From NCBI RefSeq assembly GCF_964355755.1, contig NC_092676.1, positions 17,874,871-17,938,870 on the forward strand: DNA of 64,000 nt, read 5' to 3'. Position 1 is the first letter of the stretch, and each line of letters opens with the position of its first letter. Positions 55,491-64,000 of this stretch are shown one piece after another. The stretch comes from Antedon mediterranea (taxonomy: Eukaryota > Animalia > Echinodermata). Both the position numbers and the translations under genes were made by a program. The notes below the pieces were generated by a model that had not been told where the DNA came from, searched no databases, and worked only from the letters and a program-made list of their open reading frames with translations.

Positions 55491-57449
55491 TTTGCCGCCA
55501 TTCAAGCAATTTAAACAAGCTGTCACCAGTTTAGTCTACTGAACCACTAATCATATAATTATTGCTTGCAGTTATGTCGCACACTAATTAATGCTTGGTT
55601 CCCACTCTAGGACGTAACGCAAGTGACGTAAGCGCAGTGCAAACGAGTTGACCAATGACAAGCGACAGTTCGAATCATATCCATTGCGATTGGTCAAATT
55701 GCTTGCGTTGTGCGTACGTCCTTGATTAATACTAGTTGCGTATGGATACGTTTCAATTGCACGAGTTGTGAACACTTTGACGACTGTCTTAAACTCTTTA
55801 TAGGCTTCCATGTACTTTCATTCTCCACGCATGTGTACTGTCGATAAACACTTTTTTTATTACATCAATACGGCAGTTGATTATGAAGACTTTAATTGTT
55901 TATCTGCTAATATTACTACAAAATAATAATACAATTACACAGTATTTATACACATTAGTGCAGCTATTCTCTGTATTTTCAATTTAATTGAACATTCCCA
56001 TAAACTACTGTGACCAAATTTGATAATAATTTAATAATGTTTTTGAAAAATCTATTTAATATTAATGTGTACATTATATAATTGTTTAGGTTAATTAATT
56101 TAAATTAGTTGATTGTTATTCGATTTTAATTTAATATTGACCAAATTATATTTCTTTGTGATATAACCATTAATAGTTTAGGATAGTTTAATATTTATTA
56201 CGTATACTTCAGTTAATTATTTAAAAAAATGATTATTTAATATTTCTACCTTGCTTCAATAATGCAATAAGTCGTCATCGATTAATTTAATTGATATGAA
56301 ACAAGTCCTGACCGCCAAAATAGTCGTATCTAGTCATGTTTTTATTTAATTTAGATATATACCATGAGTTAATAATACAATTGCGAAACATCGCTTCCAT
56401 AAGCCAATGCCGCCGATTGGTTTGTTATTGTTAAGGGAGGAGGTGGGTGGGTGCCAATGGACATTCACGAGAGTTAAAAAACAAAAACCAGTAAATGTAA
56501 GATGCCTTACATTTACTGGTTAAGGAGTCTCTGTTTTATCATAAATTTTATGAAAAGTGAGGAAAAAATCAGGATCGGCGGACCCTAGTATAGGCCTAAA
56601 GTGCACAAAAGTCGTATACTTTGTTCTTTTGAAGTCTTTTCGTTCCCATGAAAGCTTTAAAATTAAAGTGTTATTTATGAAACTTTTCTATAGTTTCGAT
56701 CAAAAATATTTATTTTAATACGGTGTGGAAAGGCAGTTTTAGACCTAAAACATGATAAAACTTGAATTAATTATATTTCCCAATTTTAATCTCTCCAGCC
56801 TTTATGCATCTTGGGAAATAAAGTGTTTTTAGAAGTTGTTTTTTTACGGTAAACTTTAGATTTAATTTTGTTTTGTGAGACGATATCTGACAAAAAAACA
56901 TAATAAATAAATAAATATTTTACAATTTTAATAACTATTTTATTTTAATTCTATGTTTATTATTGAAGATTTATACTGTACAATAGAAACACTGATTAAA
57001 AATCAAATTAGTTGATAAAAAAAAAACATTTGAAATAAAATATTGATACATAGGTCTCTAAACAGACATTCTTTTGAAAAACGTTCTGTAGGTCATAACA
57101 TTTTTTTAGTTTTGCATATAACAACTTTTCTAGAATGTTATTGAAAATTTATTCTCAATAAGTATCAATAATCTTATAAATTTAACTTCTTTTTAATCCG
57201 TTTTATTATTGTTTAACTTTTTATATCTTTCACTTAAATAGTTTGTATTAAAATTGTATATACACACAACTTTGCTTTATTCATATTTTATGAAGGGAAG
57301 TCCTTACAATTTCATAGAGGAACCTGGTGCAAATTTAGTAGCTGTGAGTGTCTCCTAACATTATTGATCCCGGCTGACTTTCAAACGTGATTTTTTTTTA
57401 TTCTACAAAAACATTAATTCAAAACGCCATGCTATCAAAAATGTCTTGG

Positions 57450-58316
57450 TTATTTGAAAAATACGGCATTTTGTAAATTGTTGTTTGTTGATGAAATGGA
57501 CTGGCTATATGCCTGTCTTTCCCTCATTACCTCTTTATACTGTGGATTGTTATCTTTAAAAGAGAGTTTCCATAATCGAGTCGGACTTGTTCGGAACGTT
57601 CCCGTAACACCTCGCTGAGAGTCTCTTTCCAGTTCGGTCATCTGTCGCAAATTTACGGAATTCGTCGGTGTTGGGTTTGGATCAAAACGTTCAATCTTCG
57701 TCCGTTCATACGATCGAAAGTCAGTTGGTGGAAGAATAATCCCGTATTCGTCCATAGGCGGAACACGCATTTCGCTCCGTAGCTTTAGTTTTTTAAATTC
57801 TGCCATATCTTTCTCGGATTTTGCGACAGTCATTGCACGTAGACGATCATTTTCGATCACGTGTACTTCGTTTAGGTACTTGGCGAATGTGTTAGTACCC
57901 ATGCTGGAGTGTGGTGGGATCTTCAATGGATACATTTCTGCTATATTGGTCGAAACTGACTTATTTGGTATTTCTAATTTAGTATCCTTCGTTCGAAAAT
58001 TACGCCAGACGTTGCTATCGAATGCCGGATCCCATCGGCGGGGAAATGGAGGTTCCCGTCTACCACTCTCAATCCATAATCGAAAGGCATCTGTTGGAGT
58101 AACTCTTGTCGAATCGTCAATAAATGAACGTACCTTATGATTCACATGTATGTTTGTCAGTGTTTTTGGTGCTCGCTGTGTGGTTAATTTCCCAACCGGA
58201 CGCGGGCAAAATGCGCTATGTTTGTAAGTTCGATCCGATTTAAGACGATCTCTTTCGTCGATTGTCATCTGTTTTTGTTCATCTTCAAAATAGCTTTGGA
58301 CATTTGACACCTCCAT
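57450..58316 (-). CDS. TEX52: Testis-expressed protein 52-like, 288 aa, single coding exon
   Basis: The motifs FRLWIESGR, PAFDSNVWRNF, IPPHSSMGTNTF and KLKLRSEMRVPPMDEYGIILPP match recalled human TEX52 ([52 protein letters not shown]). ATG at 58316 follows an acceptor at 58336-58337. Confidence 0.85.
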   Translation of the reverse strand: MEVSNVQSYFEDEQKQMTIDERDRLKSDRTYKHSAFCPRPVGKLTTQRAPKTLTNIHVNHKVRSFIDDSTRVTPTDAFRLWIESGRREPPFPRRWDPAFDSNVWRNFRTKDTKLEIPNKSVSTNIAEMYPLKIPPHSSMGTNTFAKYLNEVHVIENDRLRAMTVAKSEKDMAEFKKLKLRSEMRVPPMDEYGIILPPTDFRSYERTKIERFDPNPTPTNSVNLRQMTELERDSQRGVTGTFRTSPTRLWKLSFKDNNPQYKEVMRERQAYSQSISSTNNNLQNAVFFK

Positions 58317-60237
58317 CACAAAAATAAAGCGTTACCTATAAAATAAATAGATTTATAGATAATAGATCAATCAATAATTTAAGGCATACTATTTAATTTA
58401 CTCACTGCAGTAGGCATATCGTCCCATACCCTTGTTTTTACGTGTCTGATCCCTTTCTTTTTATGTGAATATCTAACAATTGCCTTAGACTAAATAGACC
58501 CTGCAAATCGTAAGATCTAACTGGGGAAAATAAAAGGGCGTCGTCAACAAGTGTTCAAATTAATATATATCGATCGACTGTACCCTAGGCCTACCTTTTG
58601 AGTTGACTAACATTAAGCGATGCAAACACTGTTTGAGTTAACTACATTCTGTGATAAACCATATTCGTTATACGTAAATGTGTAGGTCTATCAGACCTAT
58701 GTAGTTTTAATCATCTTCGGAAAGGCAGCATGGACTTTGTGTTAACAACATGATTCGTAATTTGTTGACATGTTAGACTACATCACTATTATGATGGTAG
58801 ATCCTGAAGTTATAAACTATGATATGATACTTAGAAAAAACATGTGTATAAATTAAATGTGTAAAGTATGCATTTAAAATTTGCTATAGTTATGGTAATA
58901 CATTTTTAGTTGTATACAATTGCAAAAACTATTGTTAGTCATTTATGTTATTCTAATGACCACTATTGTGCATAATGGAACAGTCCAAAATTGCTTAGCA
59001 ACGTGTTCGTCGGTTGTCGTTTGGCCGTAAGCTGTTACATATTATGAACTCACCCCTTTCGCCTAATTAATTTCATATATAAATTATTAATGAATACATA
59101 ACTTTTAATAAAGACCACACATAATTACATATAGTGATATATGTAGTTTTAATCGAATATATAAAAAGACAAACAAATATTTGCTATTACAGTGGTTACT
59201 AAACAAGTTATATTTAACAAATAAGGGGTAAGCGCATTCATTTTGTCGATAACAATACCTGACGATCAATAATGGGTTGTAGACACAGGTACTGTAAGCT
59301 AATATTATGGGTTAAGACCAGGTTATGTCGATAGCAACAGATGATAATATTAACATGCTGGAATCAATAGAAATTGGATAAATTCTAACTCATAATTAAG
59401 GTAAGATCACTCATAATCAACCTGAATTTGAATTTATAAATTCCTAAACATTGTAGCCTAGGCCTATGCCATATGCTATTTGCTGTTGAGCCTAGCGGGG
59501 TTTATGCAGCTTACTTTGAATATCATAACAAATGTGCAACTTGCCAATGGTAATACAGTATACCCATATGCAGGCGCGCTTATTATGGATTCCTGGTGTA
59601 TTAAATTCTTTTCATTTGTTACAAAATGTATTGTCTTGCATACAATATCCTAACATCCGATCGTTAAGTCCTATTTGATAGAATATAATAGTATACTATA
59701 GGCCTGTAAAAAAGTTACAGTTCAGTTTATAAAATAACTGTATCATTTGAGACAGCTTAAAATAAGAGCCATTGTGTTCTTCGATTGTTCAATCATTAAT
59801 TAATTAATCATAAAAAAATGTCTTGCCTCCTCAACTTTCCCCGCATTTCTTAAATAATTTTTAAATAAATTATTTTTATATATTTCAATTAATTTATCAA
59901 TGTTATAAATGTTTCAATGGAAGCCAGTTTGATGTTTGTAGCCTATATCTAACCTAATTTGTATTTCTAAAAATCAAAATATTAAGTCTAATTAAATTTA
60001 ATGGAATTGAGTTAATTGGGACCTATGATGGCTTCGAAACCCAATACGTTTATTGTTTATTATGTTACGGTACAACTACGCTATAACATTTATTAATATT
60101 GAATTAAATATTAATTTTCCATTATTTTAGGCCATAGGCAATACGTTTATTTTTTATTATGGCACAATTACTCAAAATTATTTATTAATATCTAATTCAT
60201 ATTAACTTTCTATTATTTTAGGCCATCCATCCACAAT

Positions 60238-62313
60238 ATGGCTGAAAGAAGAGCTAAATACGAAGTTACGCAGATGTTACGCTATTTATCAGACGATATA
60301 CCAGTTAGTCCGCGAACTTCTCCTCGATCTCCAGACCTATCGCGCTCCGATGAAGTACTTCGAGAAAAATACAACGAACTAAACAATCTTATGTTATCTC
60401 ATATTGCCCAAAGAAAGACTCTAGGGCATCTGTATTCATCATATGATTTAGACTTCAAGAAAGTTAGTCCTGAAAATAGGAAAACAAAACTCAATAAAAA
60501 AGAAATTCGAACGTTGAAAGGACGTGCAAAACGGTTAACTGAATTTAATGATTATGATAGCAAAGTTAGCTTGAAAGTATGGGAGATACCGAGCGATTCC
60601 GAACCCGATGATAGAGATTTAGGTGAAACTAGTGAATTATGTGATGACGTCAGTGAACACACGTATAATTCGACAATAAATTCAAGTGTAACAATCCACG
60701 AAGTAAACTCCGAAGGTGAAGAAATCAATTCCGACTATGAAAAAAACTCATATCCAAAATCAAAACAGGTTTCTTTTGTGGAAAACAAAAATCTGAAAGA
60801 TGACCCAATTCCAAACTTCGATCCTAACTCATTAGAAACTCTTATTTTAAAGGACATTTTACGTCATCAAAGATCAAAACCAAAGCATACTGATTCGGGA
60901 ATTTCACTCAAGACAAAAACAGGGAAAAATCAATGCAGATCCAATCATAGAAAAGGTTCCCCACGCAAAAAGAAGTCTAAGACAGATCCGCCGGAAAAAT
61001 CTCCTAGGATAAAAACAAAAAGTGCCCTAGATAATCATTTTCTTTCCTCTTCTAATGCAGACGTCAAACGATGGGTTAGAGAAAAGAACAAATTAGCCCG
61101 AAAGAAATTAAAAGAAGAAAGGAAAAAAGAGCGAGAAGAAATGGAAAAAGAACACAATGCTGATACTGAAAGGACAGCAAAAATGATTGAGTCGGAGGAA
61201 AAGGTTAAAACGTGGGTTAAGGAAAAACACAAGCAAGTATTATTGCAAAGAAAACTAAAACAGCGTGTCGAGGAGATTCAACGACACAGCACAGCTGAAA
61301 CGTCAGAAGAATCAGTACCACGTAACAGTCAAATTAAGGAACAATTTGAATTGAGAAAAACAGCTATCAAACGACGTCAACGCCGTATTAGAAACCGAAA
61401 AGAAGAAGAAACAAATAGTGATAAGGCAGGAGGAAATGAAAAAGCGTTTCCTAAGCCAGCATCCGCACGATTGATTCATGACGAAAAACTTCAAGCGAAA
61501 GCAGCAAAGAAGAAATACGGTGTTTCTGTTAGAGGGACATTAGATAGGGCTGCAAAACAGATGCAGAAAGAAGAACAAATGAATCAAGATACAAACGATT
61601 TGAATAATAACGTAAAAAAACCAATTGGAAGAACATCTCAGATAAAAAACATTGATAAGAAAATGAAACCGAAAGAGAAAAATAATAACAGTTGCTCTAC
61701 ACCAGACAATAATAAAAGTACTGATGATGTTGATCATATCCATCACGTTCGGAAAACTAATAGAATGACATACAATGCTTGGATAAATATTAAACTAGAA
61801 GGTGATAAGAAGAAAAAGCAGAAAGAATTAACAAAGAAAGTCGATCTTGATTTAGAAAGACTTCTTCCCACTCTTTCACAAGAACGTATCCGAAGAGCAA
61901 CTGATTCAAAGAAGTCTACGATGGCTCCTGAAAGAGATTTTAGAAACAAAACTAATTCTTCTTCTCGGAATCATCGCAATGAACCGGAAAACGTGTTTTC
62001 ACAAAGGCCAAAATCCACCATGACAACTTCTAAAGACAATCCTGATTATTTACCTAAACGACCTGCTAGTGCGAAAACTAATAAGTCCGTTCTGTCGCAT
62101 AACTCTTTAAAAAATGAGTTAAACGAAGTCCTGGAGGGTGAAAGACCTGAACCGCAAGGCTGTGAACTTCCCGATAATAGTCCTTGTCATGACCGGACGA
62201 AAGCAACGCGACAATTATTATTAACTGATGATCGTAAAATTTCAACACATCCTCCTTCGACTGACCTGGACATTTTAAACACTGAAAGTGTATTCATAAC
62301 TGCTTCAAATTGA
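60238..62313 (+). CDS. 691-aa K/E/R-rich coiled-coil protein with W-x-x-x-K helices (CCDC181/CCDC34/MAP9-like), single coding exon
   Basis: 2-kb uninterrupted ORF in AT-rich DNA, with a splice acceptor at 60221 just before the ATG. Motifs VKRWVREKNK, VKTWVKEKHK and YNAWINIK. The family assignment is tentative. Confidence 0.75.
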   Translation: MAERRAKYEVTQMLRYLSDDIPVSPRTSPRSPDLSRSDEVLREKYNELNNLMLSHIAQRKTLGHLYSSYDLDFKKVSPENRKTKLNKKEIRTLKGRAKRLTEFNDYDSKVSLKVWEIPSDSEPDDRDLGETSELCDDVSEHTYNSTINSSVTIHEVNSEGEEINSDYEKNSYPKSKQVSFVENKNLKDDPIPNFDPNSLETLILKDILRHQRSKPKHTDSGISLKTKTGKNQCRSNHRKGSPRKKKSKTDPPEKSPRIKTKSALDNHFLSSSNADVKRWVREKNKLARKKLKEERKKEREEMEKEHNADTERTAKMIESEEKVKTWVKEKHKQVLLQRKLKQRVEEIQRHSTAETSEESVPRNSQIKEQFELRKTAIKRRQRRIRNRKEEETNSDKAGGNEKAFPKPASARLIHDEKLQAKAAKKKYGVSVRGTLDRAAKQMQKEEQMNQDTNDLNNNVKKPIGRTSQIKNIDKKMKPKEKNNNSCSTPDNNKSTDDVDHIHHVRKTNRMTYNAWINIKLEGDKKKKQKELTKKVDLDLERLLPTLSQERIRRATDSKKSTMAPERDFRNKTNSSSRNHRNEPENVFSQRPKSTMTTSKDNPDYLPKRPASAKTNKSVLSHNSLKNELNEVLEGERPEPQGCELPDNSPCHDRTKATRQLLLTDDRKISTHPPSTDLDILNTESVFITASN

Positions 62314-62879
62314 TACCACCACCGGCCAATTTTACCATCAATCTATAAAACAAAAGCAAAGGTAAAATCAACAATCAACTAAACACTAGGCCCTACGATG
62401 TTGCTAAAAGGGTAACGGCGAGGATTGCTCGTACGTGCTTATTTGTTAATTACTTGGCACTAATAACTGGAACTTTTCAAGATGAGCACGTCAGAGGTTA
62501 ATCGTCAGTCAAACCACGCACGTGCGTACAAACTCTGATAAATGTACAATCCACACGGGTTTATCTTTTATACGCGATACCTCTTTGTGTTTACCGACTA
62601 ATGGTTGGTCCTTTAGGTCTTGTAGTTGGTGATCTTATAATTTTAGAGAGTTTAGTTTAGAGAGTCAGAGTTACATTTGTAAGAAAGTTGGGATTACATT
62701 TTAGATAAAAAGTGTTAATTCAAGGTCACTTTGTGTAATGATCGCTTATTTAGTGGTTGTAAATATTAAAGTAAAGAAAAAAAATTTATTATAAATTTAA
62801 AGTGTATATTTTAAATAAAATTCAATATGCTACATAAAGATCAATGTTAATTAATTTGTTATACGAAACTGTAAATAGA

Positions 62880-63355
62880 AGAGATATAGATAAATGTGTA
62901 CTACCTGTACAGGTCAAAGGTCAATAAGAAGAGTTCTTATTAGACTGAATAGAAACATATACCTTCAGATTAATTTGAGCCCTATTTAAAGTTTGTCCAA
63001 CTATTAGTTACGGTGTTATATGATATGTAGGTCAAAGGTCAAAAATGCCAAAAATCATACTTCCGGCCATTTTTGGACAAACTTTTCCATTAGAACGAAT
63101 ATTAATATGCATCTCCCAAATAATTTGACACTAAAATTATTTCATTTAAAATAAGCGTTGCAAAGATATGACCATTTTGTTTTCAATGGGTCAAAACATT
63201 CAAATTGAGGTCAGAGGTCAAAGATGAATTTTAGAAATTTGACAACATGGGTTTTTATAACCAGCATGATTCAATTATTCATAAAACACAATGTTTACAC
63301 TTTCCCCATGATCTGCACACGAAGGCACTTTTTTTGACATAGGGATCTGGACTAA
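62880..63355. mobile_element. Probable non-autonomous repeat with AGGTCAAAGGTCA motifs
   Basis: aggtca(a/g)aggtca at about 62911, 63029 and 63208; the same motif occurs inverted in 41113-41502. Confidence 0.4.
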
Positions 63356-64000
63356 AAAGAGAACAATAGATTATATAATTTTCTGTTCGTTCGTTATTTA
63401 TTGATTATATATATTACATCATAATAGCATAAATAAATGTACTCTCTATGGTCATGAATTAACTCGAGCATATTTTTTAGTATTACGAGTTTTTGTAATG
63501 AACACCTGTGTTTCAGCAGCCTATTGATAACGCGCTTTGAATAATTTTGATTGCCGCTCTGAGCGAAGAGACAATCGCCGCCGTCCACGGACGTCACGAT
63601 TCCACGGGTCCAATCGGGTCATAAAGAGAGACGATCAGGTTTTAAAAAAAAGGAAAGTTTCAAACTCGACGCACAGAGTAGAGCAGGAGAAGGGCATGGT
63701 CACGCCGAAAGTGTTGAATTTACACCATTATATATTAATATGTCAAAAGTCATTATATAAATGACCTGAAACATTTATATCATGGAGTAAAGATGATTTA
63801 TATAGGCCTAGGCCCTGGCTACTTCCTGCTGTAACCTCAACACCAGTGATAGTATTTCCGATCGTTTGAGGCCTAAATAGGTCAATTATAGTAGTAGGCC
63901 TAATGATTTTCTAATTATTTATAAATAAGGACCTTCGACAATTATGCTTCTGGGTAGGCCTAACCTTGATAACAATTGTACTTCCGGCGTATATGATACT

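Overview
AT-rich, intron-containing animal genomic DNA, probably a marine invertebrate. An echinoderm-like origin is suggested by the strong TAGGCCTA enrichment and the repeat content, but this is only an impression. I assembled six protein-coding genes by hand from GT-AG splice sites with consistent phases: (1) the 3' end of a nucleobindin-like gene with a long (QPQAG)n tail; (2) ETFRF1/LYRM5 on the minus strand; (3) a complete 29-coding-exon class II PI3-kinase of 1750 aa, head-to-head with ETFRF1; (4) a 12-coding-exon troponin T-like gene of 414 aa; (5) TEX52 on the minus strand; and (6) a divergent 691-aa coiled-coil gene. The introns hold MITEs, tRNA-derived SINEs, a LINE 3' end, a Helentron-type element carrying two tRNA-Val copies, a (TA)n-embedded composite of tRNA-like units and a decayed type I hammerhead repeat, and several minisatellites. 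The most interesting items are the troponin T, supported by sequence and by paralogon synteny, in what may be a lineage reported to lack it; the tRNA-carrying and hammerhead-carrying mobile elements; and MITE-borne CArG boxes inside the muscle gene. No database searches were run, so all homologies come from recalled family motifs.
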